Assembly (NCBI GenBank): GCA_021613535.1
Contig: CP075495.1
Span: 11,904,001 to 11,968,000, forward strand
Direction: 5' to 3'
Length of the DNA: 64,000 bases
DNA from: Adineta vaga
Lineage: Eukaryota; Animalia; Rotifera
Both the position numbers and the translations under genes were made by a program. Positions within the stretch are counted from its first letter, which is position 1. Each line of letters opens with the position of its first letter. Below are positions 14,449-25,863 of the stretch, in pieces. The notes beneath the pieces are model-generated. The model was not told the DNA's origin and searched no databases. It saw nothing but the letters and a program-made list of their open reading frames with translations.

Positions 14449-14955
14449 ATGTTTCAACTTCCACCACCACCACGTTTCAATCTTCCACCTCCACCGATGC
14501 CACCAACAGATTTGATTGATGTTAAAATAGTATCTCAATTGACTTGTTCGTCATTTCGACAACATGCTCAAGAAACAACAATGAATGTTCATTTGATTTT
14601 ATTTGCAAGTGCCATTGTTATCGTGGCTATTCTTCTACTTATACTCACTTTGATTTGGTTATTATTATCATCTCGTAAACGAAAACAGCAATCATGTGAA
14701 AATCTGAAATCACCACAAGCTATTCAAGCCATTGATTCAATAAATGATTGGTCAACATGCAGTAGTCGTTCTTATGAAACGGTTTCATTCGATCATACTG
14801 GTATTTATTTGGAATCTGTCGATACATCGGCTACGACTTGTTCGACAGATGTAACTGGTGAAGTTTGTACTGAATGTTGTCAACATTATAGTTATCAACC
14901 TCAACCTACACCTTACTATCATGTTATCAATATACCTGATCTCATACCGAATTGA
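14449..14955 (+). CDS. Small single-pass membrane protein with Pro-rich N-terminus and Tyr/Cys-containing tail; intronless
   Basis: MFQLPPPPRFNLPPPPMPP, hydrophobic LILFASAIVIVAILLLILTLIWLLL followed by RKRK stop-transfer. AATAAA downstream at ~15036-15049. Confidence 0.7.
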   Translation: MFQLPPPPRFNLPPPPMPPTDLIDVKIVSQLTCSSFRQHAQETTMNVHLILFASAIVIVAILLLILTLIWLLLSSRKRKQQSCENLKSPQAIQAIDSINDWSTCSSRSYETVSFDHTGIYLESVDTSATTCSTDVTGEVCTECCQHYSYQPQPTPYYHVINIPDLIPN

Positions 14956-15546
14956 AATTAGAGCAATGAGAAGTCGTTGTTGTTTTTCTCTTTGTTAAAA
15001 ATGTGAACAGTGATTTTTTTTTGATTTTATTTATAAATAAGTAAATAAAACTTGTTCAATCAGTATAATTAAAATCTTGAATATATGAATGCGTAGCAAA
15101 TTATTCTTGTTGCAAGAATCTATACTCACGAATAAATCGAAGAAAAAAAAAGTCGATATAAGGTTATTTTTTTCACGTACTCATTAAATAATTTCACCTT
15201 TATCCTTTAGAACTATTCTTTAAAATCGATTTGTTTCTATCAACTTACAATATATCGGATGGAGAGTATATTCGCCTGCGTAAATCCTCCTCTGTGATAG
15301 ATCGATACATTTATATTTAATATGATATTTATTGTTAATGCCGAAATAATTTGCTGTTGTTGCTATTTGATTCAATAGTTTTTATTCATTTCTAATATAT
15401 GTTATCGAAGAAAACATTATATAAAGAAAAAAATATAAATCATTTACCAAATTTGAGGATTAATCATAAATGAGAAAAAGTTGTCGTAGTCGTCTTGTTG
15501 TTTTTTTTTCGTATAAACGTGTGTTCTTATAAACTATATAATTAAG

Positions 15547-18500
15547 ATGAAGTCAAGTATCTTGAAATGGAATTATAAATCAATTGTATTCGTGTTTATT
15601 CTTACAATTCGATTCACCATCAAAGGACAACCAGCAGATAATTTGGATAATGACGATCATATCTTACAATCACATACAGATGTAAATGAATCCATCAGTA
15701 CAACTACTCATTTGACTGATATTGTTAATAACGATGATGTCGTATTATTTTTACCTGAAAACACGACCATCACGATTAACTCCACTATCAATCCTGTTGT
15801 TATCGATGATGCAATCTTTGTTAATGATACACATATTATTGGCGATAGTTTGAACGCATCTAATGCACTATTACCATCGAACAATTCTACAGCAACAATA
15901 GAATCTACAACTACTTTAGTCCGCACAGTCAATGGTAGTAGTGAAAATCTAAATAGATCTGATGAAATAGCCATGAATATACCCACACAACCACCTACTC
16001 ACATTGCATACACGAATGACAGTGATCGTCAGACATATATTAATTCATCTACAAATGGGAATGAATCCTTATCAATTCAAAATAATACGGATAATTCTCT
16101 CATTCTGTCTGGTCTAGTTAGTCCTGAGCTGTCGCAAAATACATCGACAACAACAACAACAAAAACAACAACAACTGTTGCAGTATCTGTAATGAATACG
16201 AATAATAGTATGGGAGTAGTTGTAAATGTTCCTACATCCAATCAATTCAATTCATCGTCAACATCAAATGATGCTAACTCTTCCAATTCATCTGCGATCG
16301 TTAATACTACTACCACAACAACTACTATTGTAGTTACTCGAAGCACAACAACGGATACACAATCTGTTAATAACGTCTCCATCATAATTCAGAATGTGGA
16401 CGTAAGTAATAATTCGTTATCGAATATTACACTTCGAAATATTACCACTACTACTCCATTATTAATAATTGATTATACTAATATCAATTCGGTTCAGAGA
16501 AATGATTCAGCAAACACAACATTTGTTAATTTGTTTCCAACAACTAATACAAGTATACCACCAAATTTATTAGCCAATATGACTTTCTCTGGCAATATCA
16601 CTAATAATATAACAAAAACAAATGTGTCATTAAATGTGGAAGTAATAACTTCGTCTACAATCGGCATCCAGCCATATAATGATACATCATGGCAAATAAC
16701 ACCTTCATTAAATATTTCAAATCAAAGTTTCTCATCGATGCCTAATAATTACGAACACAAGTATAGTACTACCTGTAGTTCCTTCTGTAACAACACAACA
16801 GCCGGTGATTTTACCTAATCTTCCAAACCAAAACCAAACATCAACAAATAATAATTCAGAAGCCAGCGTTTCGTCGACATCATCATCGACTAGATCATCT
16901 GTGAATCCTACAAATGTTTCGAATTTAAATCTATCATCATCTTCCAATGATACAGTGACACGCACATTAACTGCTACGATTCTTCCTGAATCACCCACGC
17001 GAACAGAACAGCAGGCAGTTAATATTCTTTCTACAGTGTTACCTACATTAATTTATTCGAATGGCAGTTTACCTAATTCATCAAATGGTACAGGAACAAG
17101 AATAACATCTGAGCCAGTGATTACCAGACAACCAACGAACAATAGCTTAACTTCATCTTTATTACCATTAAATCAATCAAATCAAAGTGCACTATTGGAT
17201 GGTAATAATACATATACAAGTGGCCAGTCCAATGTAACTTCAACTAGATCCACGCCTGGCAATATCCAGCTAACGATTGATGCGTTTCTTCCAACACAGA
17301 ATGCGCCAACTATTATTAATCAGAGTGTACCATTACCTTTCAATACATCACAAATGGGAATTGTAATAAATGTAACAAGTCCTCAACTAACTAATACACT
17401 TTCACCAGCAAATAGCCGGAATCCAAATTTATCGTTATCAATAAACACCACACAATCTACAAAATCGCTTTCTGATATAAATCAACAAACGACTGCTAGT
17501 TATTCTTCGACAACTCATTCATCTAATATTTCAAATCAAAGTGTACCACTTCTCTCCAATGGTACACAATCATCTATTTCACTTGATTCCATACCAACTA
17601 TATTGCCTTCTATCACCTTACCGGTAACACTTGGTTCTATGTCGCCAGTTGCATCACAGCCAAATGTTTTAAATCAAACTTTGCCCATATTCATCAATAT
17701 CACACAACTAAATACTTCTTCTACTTATTCATCGACAAGATCACCCTTCGTTACACAACCACCAACACTTAATAATGTGTCATCAGGTGCATTGCAAGTA
17801 AACAATTCAAATCAAAGTTTACCAGTAGGAATAACCGCGACGCAAGCAGTTGATACTATTACTTTGTTCACAACACGAATGCAGACTAATATAACTCAAC
17901 CACCCATTACGCAGCCTTTAAATAGTTTGAATCCAAATTCTTCAACATCTGGAAACACTACACAAGGAAATGTTTCTCTTGATTCTTCATCGACTAGATT
18001 ACCATCTGTTACACAACAATCAATAACTAATACTGTAGCTGCCGTGCAACAAAACAATTCAAATCAAAGTTTACTAGTTGGAATAACCGCGACACAGTCA
18101 GCTAATAATTTTACTTTATCGACAACAGGAATACAAACTAATATAACTCAACCACCTATTACTCAACCATCAAATAGTTTGAATCCAAATTCGTCAACAT
18201 CTGGAAACACTACACAAGGAAATGTTTCTCTTGATTCTTCATCGACTAGATTACCATCTGTTACACAACAATCAATAACTAATACTGTGTCTGCAGTACA
18301 ACCAAACAATTCAAACCAAACTTTACCAGTTGGAATAACCGTGACACAGTCAGCTAATACTTTTACTTTATCGACAACACGAATGCAGACTAATATAACT
18401 CAACCACCCATTACGCAATCATTAAATAGTTTGAATCCGAATTCTTCAACATCTGAAAACACTGGACAAGGAAATGTTTCTCTTAATTCTTCAGATTACC

Positions 18501-21500
18501 ATCTGTTACACAACAATCAATAACTAATACTGTGTCTGCAGTACAACCAAACAATTCAAACCAAAGTTTACTAGTTGGAATAACCGCGACACAAGCAACT
18601 AATAATTTTACTTTGTTGACAACAGGAATACAGACTAATATAACTCAACCACCCATTACTCAACCATCAAATAGTTTGAATCCAAATTCTTCAACATTCG
18701 GAAACACTACACAAGGAAATGTTTCTCTTGATTATTCGTCATCAAGATCATCATCTGTTACACAACAATCAATAATTAATACTGTGTCTGTCGTGCAACC
18801 AAACAATTCAAATCAAAGTTTACTAGTTGGAATAACCGCGACACAAACAACTAATAATTTTACTTTGTTGACAACAGGAATACAGACTAATATAACTCAA
18901 CCACCCATTACTCAACCATCAAATAGTTTGAATCCAAATTCTTCAACATTCGGAAACACTACACAAGGAAATGTTTCTCTTGATTATTCGTCAACAAGAT
19001 TAGCATCTGTTACACAACAATCAATAGTTAATACTGTGTCTGCCGTGCAACCAAACAATTCAAATCAAAGTTTACTAGTTGGAATAACCGCGACACAAGC
19101 AACTAATAATTTTACTTTGTTGACAATAGGAATACTGTCTAATATAACTCATCCATCCACTACTCAGTCATCAAATAATTCGGATCAAAATTCGTCAACA
19201 TCTGGTAACCCAGTACAAGGAAACATTTCTCTAGACTCTTCGTCAACAAGATTAGCATCTGTTACTCAACAACCAACACATAATACTGTACCTTCAGGCG
19301 CATCGCATTCATATATTCCTAATCAAAATACGCCAATATCTGGTAGTGGCACACAAGAAACTATTTCTATAGATTCATTACCAACAAATTTACCGTTGAT
19401 GACAACGTCAACTACGCTTACTAGCAATTCTGTACCTGTATCGCAGCCAAATACTTCGAATCAAAATGTAACAGTTAGTATAAATAATACAACTCAAATG
19501 ATTGGTTCTTCGAACTTGTTTTCAACGCCATATCCTTCTACTATAAATCAAACAAATATTACTGTTGGTGGAACAATATCACCGTCATCATCTATCAATA
19601 ATACCCAAACGTTGTTCGTTTCAGGTTCATCCACGACGAGACAAGTGCCTGTTACAAATCAGGAAACATTCGATCCCATGCAGTTCACATCTGTAACTTC
19701 AATAGTTCAAAACCAAACTATGTCATTAATGTCAAATAGTACACGTGATACGAATACGACTCTACCAGTATTTATAGGCGCAACATCAACTACAGTTCAA
19801 AAGAGTGATGGTAATGTATCGACAGCATTCCCTCCGAATCAAGCGAATAGCAGTGTTTCTCCATCGATAACAAATACAAGAAGTGATTCGTTTAATGATT
19901 CAGTAGCGACGCACTTGCCATTTAACACAACAGTATCTATTTTAAATAGTACAGTACAAACATCATCTCCATCAATATCGTCAAATCCTAATGTTCTTAC
20001 TGGCGCTTCTTTGATGTCTGAATCTACAAGAACCTCATCCTTCATAACTCAACCACCATTTAATACGTTGCAACCAATACTATCGTCATCATCATCATCA
20101 TCATTGTCGAATCTTTTAAATAGTGCAGCAACAAGTACATCAACTGTTGGAGGCATTACTCGCACACTTGTTCCTGCAGCTGATCAAACAGATAATAGTT
20201 TACCATCAAGACCTGTATCTCCAATCACAACAAATATTGGTACAAACAGTCAGGCAACTAGAACAGATGTAACTTTACAAGCAACAGTAGTAGTAACATA
20301 TCCCACACAATCAGTTAACACGAACAAGGAAATAGGAACAACTCAGGGTGCCGGCACGGCAACGGGAATAACAGCTGCCACTGATTTTGTGACTTCGTCA
20401 CTCCTCGAAAAACTTACTACTACATCAGCATCAGCATTATTCTTACGATCGACATTAACCCCAAATATTGATTATCATACTTCCGATAGTAATAAAATTG
20501 GCACAGCAACTAATAATATTATGTCCTCATCAACAGCGCCTAGTTCCTTAGCAATGGAATCTTCTACTGCAAATCAGTATTCGACAAGTGCATCAACTTC
20601 GAAATTATCACTTCTATTAAGTACTATAGATGGTATTCCAAAAGTAACAACATCACCAACGAACATCATTTCCAAAACACCTGATAATTCATTTGTGACA
20701 TCAAGTTCAATACTAAATCCAATTTTAGTATCTGCAACAAGCGATCAATCAATTGCTCAGTATAGCATGATTTCAAATTCTCGTATTCTCTCGACAATAT
20801 CGTCCATTTCGAATACAAATTCCGGTATAGATGATAGTCGTTCTACAGCTTCAATACACATCAATACTAACAATCCTCCGGTATCATCTAATCCACAAAC
20901 ATCTGTACTGCCAGGAATCACTACAATTATGACAGATGCAAATCCAGTTCAAACAACTCGTACGACAATACTTTCTACACTAGTGAATTCGATCACACCA
21001 TCAACATTTGTTAATACTCATAGTGACTTTTTGACATCTATTCATAGCGATATTCAAACAAGTACTGTGAATTCATTCTCTTCGAATGGAATAAATACTG
21101 TACAAAATGCAGTAAATACATTGTCAAATTCGAATAATTATGCTAGTCAAACTAGTTCAACACCAATTGTGCCGAGTTTATCTTCAACTCAAGTTTCATT
21201 TATTATGTCATCGACGATGAATAACATTGACAATGTGCCTTCATCTTCTTCAAACAATGTACAAAGTACGATAAATAATGTCACTCCATTATTATCAAGT
21301 ACACTTACACAATCTTCAGTACTAACTCAAACAATAAGTCAGTTGTCTAATCAACGAAATGCTTCAGAAATCACTACTTCTGCTCAAATGATACCAACAT
21401 CAACAGTATCCAAGGATAATACAAGCATTCTCTCTATACTACTAACAACATCAGGTTCGATTATATCAAATCAAACATCAACAAATCGTAATACAATTTC

Positions 21501-23018
21501 GAATAGTTCATTTACGACACAAACGAATTTCAATTTGTCTAATATAACAGGTAAATAGAATCATAGTTTTATTCAATAAATACATTTTTTCGATGATAAT
21601 TCTTTATAATCAGCTGCTAGTGATTGTGTCTTCCCATTTCTTTACACGGGTCAATGGTATGACAAATGTATTAGTGATGTTTTCAATGATAGTTGGTGTT
21701 CATTAACAGCCAATTTTGACCGTGATCGAAAATGGAAATATTGTCGAGGTAAATCTTCTTAAATACTTGAAACGAATGAGGTTTTCCAATGAAACATATT
21801 TTTCTTCAGCATCACGTGTAAAAACTATTGGTGGTACTGGAAATGGAAATGACTGTTTCTTTCCATTCATTTATCAAGGTGTATCATTTTCGACATGTAT
21901 CTATCGTACAGTAACAATAGGTACAATAACATCATTTTCATTATTTTGTTCTACAACAGCGAATCTTGATCAACAAGGTCTATGGGGATATTGCTTAGGT
22001 AAGATAATCTGTTTGGAGATCTTCTTTGTTTTTCGATATAAAATTCTAGATTATGGCTCGTGTTACTTTCCATTTATTAACAATGGCATTACCTATTCCG
22101 ATTGTATCACTGGACCACATTCAGCTCGTTGGTGTTCTACAACAGCTAGGTAAGTTAAACTTATTTGAATTTCGTTAAAAAAACAGTCAACTGTATTTTC
22201 TATGCATTTTAGTTTTGATCGGAACAAAATGTGGACTAATTGCCCTGGTATGTTATACTTTACGGAAAGATAAAGAGTTATTAGTTAAGTTCTAGTAATA
22301 GTATCGATTATTCTATAATGAATATACGATTATATTTTAATTCAGATTAGACTTTCATCGTTAAAATCTATTTCGTAGAATTCTTTTGCTTTGGAAGTGA
22401 ATGACGCTTATTTGTTTTGTTAGTCGATCCTTTTATATGACTTTGTTTTGCTTTGCTATGAGAACTTTGCTTCGAGGTATATGGTAGTTCAAAAGACTCA
22501 TTTGGCTCTGGTTTATAACCAGCACGTCGTATTGTTGTCCAATCTGTACATTTACTTGAATCAACACCACTATCAGATAGATATAACAAAAAAGATTTGA
22601 AAGTATATCCATCCTTTAATTCTTATTCATCTTACCAGCGACCTATTTCAGCTGACATTAATATACAGTATAATGAGAAATACGCACTGACAAAAAACAA
22701 ATTAAAATAGATATTATTATTTAAATTTGTGAGAAAAAAAGCGCTGATATTTTATTGATTATTCTAGTTACTTGTGATGGATATCCACAACAAGATGAAA
22801 ATTCTGTTGGTTTTCGACTATTATCCGAAAAACGACCATGTGTATTCAAGCAATTAATATCTCAGGATACTGGTCTTATACTGAAATATTATGCATTACC
22901 CACTTGTCAATTAGAACCATTGTGTCGTGATAATTATGTTCCATTATTCAAAGAAATCATATGTCAAGAAGATGGTCGATATAGTTATCCAAGAACGATT
23001 TGTATACAAAATAATTAA
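15547..23018 (+). CDS. Giant secreted mucin-like Ser/Thr/Asn-rich glycoprotein with tandem repeats, three fibronectin type II domains and a Cys-containing (sushi-like) C-terminus; two frame breaks in the giant exon
   Basis: Signal-like N-terminus, then about 2000 aa of S/T/N-rich sequence over ORFs 15547-16818, 16805-18523 and 18532-21558. FN2 exons: CVFPFLYTGQWYDKC...WCSLTANFDRDRKWKYC, CFFPFIYQG...FCSTTANLDQQGLWGYC, CYFPFINNG...WCSTTA..FDRNKMWTNC. Last exon VTCDGYP...ICQEDGRYSYPRTIC. Confidence 0.75.
17730..19290 (+). repeat. Coding tandem repeat, 252-nt (84-aa) unit, about 6 copies
   Basis: Anchor aacaattcaaa(t/c)caaa at 17801, 18053, 18305, 18550, 18802, 19054; spacings 252, 252, 245, 252, 252. 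Confidence 0.92.
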
Positions 23019-23407
23019 GATGTAATTATTCGATTCGCTGACATGTATGTTATGTGGAACATTTTTTTTCGTCATAACAAATCTACTGACTAATGTAAAA
23101 GTGTTTTTTTAATATATATATATATTATTTAAATATAAATAAAGTATAAAAAAAACAATGATTGTTTGATGAAATCCTATATGACTTTTTTCTTTTGTCG
23201 ATTCGAGACTGGGTGTAATAATTAATATGGAAGAAAAGTTCATTATTCTGTTTTCTCCCTCTCTCTCTGTTTCTCTAGATTTTGTGTAACTACGAATCGA
23301 TAAAAACGGACAGTGTAATATAGTAACTCAATCTATTTTCTTACTGCTTGTCATCATACGTAAGATTTCGATTATTTTTTTACTGATTTATTCGCATTGG
23401 TATAAAT

Positions 23408-24357
23408 ATGACTGAACGTTTAAGTCGAGATATGGAATATGTGATTTTACCACAAAGAAAAGTAAGAAAACCAACACAATACTACTATGAAAGCGATGAT
23501 GATAATGAATCACAAGTACCAACAGTAACGAAAAGAATAGTTCGAGGAAAACCAGTTCGTGAACAAAATATCAAATACGTAACAGCAGATGAATTGGATC
23601 GTGATCATCGACGTTCACGACAAACTGAAACTAATGATGTATGTATTGTATTTTGAAGATCAACATTCAAATTTGATATTGTTATTCATTTTAGCATAAA
23701 ATCAAAATTCGTAATACAAATAATGGTGAACCAGTTATACTTGATGAAGATGGTAATGTTCTCAAAGTTATTCGCAGTGCACGAACACCAACACCACCGC
23801 CATCACTACCGATCGTTGAAAATCGTCGAATTCAGTTTCGTTCTCATGAACCACGAACAGTTTATTATGAAACAACAGATGGCCGCTTAGTAACACAACC
23901 AGCAAAAGTTCAATCTTTCATTAAACCTAGAGCTGAAATCATGTATACGGATCATGAACCAACAAAATTAGTTCGAAAAGTTATTATTGATCCTCGAACC
24001 GGTGATCAAGAAACGATCTATGAAGATAAACCTAAAAGACATCATCGAAAGAAATTTGTTGTTCGAAAACAATCAACAAGATCACCAGTAGAAAGTGATG
24101 GTGAATATGAACAAGAATCTCAATATGTTCAGGTAGTACAACGTCAAACAGCACCGACTCAAATCATAACTAAACAAGTAAAACCAACGACAAAATATGT
24201 TATGATTAGAAAAAAAGTTGATTCAGGATCTGGTAATTATATGTTGGCATCATCTGATCTACCAATGAAAAATAATCGTCGTGTTGTCTATGAAACAACA
24301 ACAAAAAAGCCAACAACTACATATGTCTATTCTGCTGATGACAAATATTACAAATAG
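23408..24357 (+). CDS. Uncharacterised hydrophilic, probably disordered protein; 2 coding exons
   Basis: ORF 23408 is spliced at ~23639-23695 into a frame continuing to ORF 23941-24357. R/K/E/T/V/Y-rich, no TM. Upstream 5'UTR donor at ~23360. Confidence 0.7.
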
Positions 24358-24528
24358 ATTGAATAAAATGTACGAATAATTTTTCCTATTCTTTCTCTTT
24401 TTTTGTCGTTCTTGTACAAAAAAAAACATACAAAAAACAAATGAAAGTTCCATCAATAATCAATTACTAAAAGAAGAAAAGAACAAACATGAGAATTATT
24501 CATCTATATTTATGAAAATATAATCTTA

Positions 24529-25713
24529 CTAAGTAGTTGTGTATGGTGGAAGTGTATATTGTTCATAAGCAAATTTATCATAAGTGTACCGTAAATCTCG
24601 TAATAAACTTATTTGAGCTATTTCAAGTTCAAATGGTCCATCTGCTGCATCCAATATAGAAATAGACATTTGTGTACATGTAAGTGGTTGAAAAGGATAT
24701 TGTTTATCACTGATACGTCCCATATTATTACGAAAAAATTGTCCAAAAGGAATCTTTGCTGTTGACCAATACGGCCCACCACGTGTGTATAGCACCATTG
24801 AATACATATCAGACTAAATCAAAAAATGTGATCTATCGTCTAATTTTAATTCACATACCCAATGATGATGATCATGATCTGGTGTATGAAATCGAATTTC
24901 ATAAAATCTTCCATCACCACGAATACGAAGAAGGATATGAGTGAAATATGTCCAACCTTTTTGATGAGCTGGTAGTAGAAAGGATCCAGTTAATCGTTCA
25001 GAAAACATAATGGCAAAACCACTTTTGTTATATAAAGTATTTTGATTCACCATTTTCGAAGAAATATGTCCACGAAAAAGAACAGATCCATGTCCACTTG
25101 GTACTAGTTCAGCTGTTGATTCACCGACACCTTCATCAAGATCTGTTCGTACTGTCCATTTTTTAACCTCTTCATTCTTTGCAAAATCATGAATAACAAG
25201 ATAATCATTATGAAAAAATTCATGCCTAATCAAAAGAAAAATAAAAAAGGGATTGCCATTTATCGTTGACTTTAATAAGATTTTAATGGAAAACGGATAG
25301 ATAATTCTGAAGTACTTCAAATTTTGGATATCTATATGTTAATTAAGTCAAAAAGTTAGATACCTTCGATCCCATGGTTGAATTTCTTTCCACCATTTAT
25401 TAATTTCCGGAAAAAGAACATCTTTGAATAAACGCCATAATTGACCTTCACGAATAATTTGTGTGAACGACTTTTGAAGACGTCGACGTTTTCTTGTTGC
25501 TGCTGCTTTCGTTGGTGTACCATATAATTCTCGATTAATATTCGCACGCCAAAACATAAATGTTCGATATGATTGAGACAAATGTGATGACGAAGATAAG
25601 AATTGTGAATTGACATTTGAATTACTTAAAATAGAATATGTTCGACTAGTTGTAAATGATTGAAAACAATAAGGAACTGATGTAATAATTCTCAATGATG
25701 ATCGAAAATACAT
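24529..25713 (-). CDS. NDUFAF1: Complex I intermediate-associated protein 30 (CIA30), mitochondrial
   Basis: Transit-like N-terminus; KWTVRTDLDEGVGESTAEL, LFRGHIS, LRIRGDGRFY, YSMVLYTRGGPYWSTAKIPFGQFF...GRISDKQY, DGPFELEI, FAYEQY. Two introns. Confidence 0.92.
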
Positions 25714-25863
25714 GATCTAAAGTAACTTGATTAAAATAGAATTTTATTATTTTACTTAAAAATTATTGAAAAAAAAATAATATTTTTGTTTTTTATTAAA
25801 AAAAAATAATATTGCATAAAATAGATATATATAAAAAAAAAGAAGTCTAAAATAAGATGAGAT

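Noticed and set aside
17730-19290. Repeat array as CRISPR or satellite
   Set aside because: Units are contiguous, a multiple of three long, protein-coding and have no unique spacers.
22378-22520. Plus-strand frame with three in-frame TGA codons (possible selenoprotein or recoding)
   Set aside because: It also contains a TAA, no SECIS-like element was seen, and it is simply the antisense of the more protein-like minus-strand frame.
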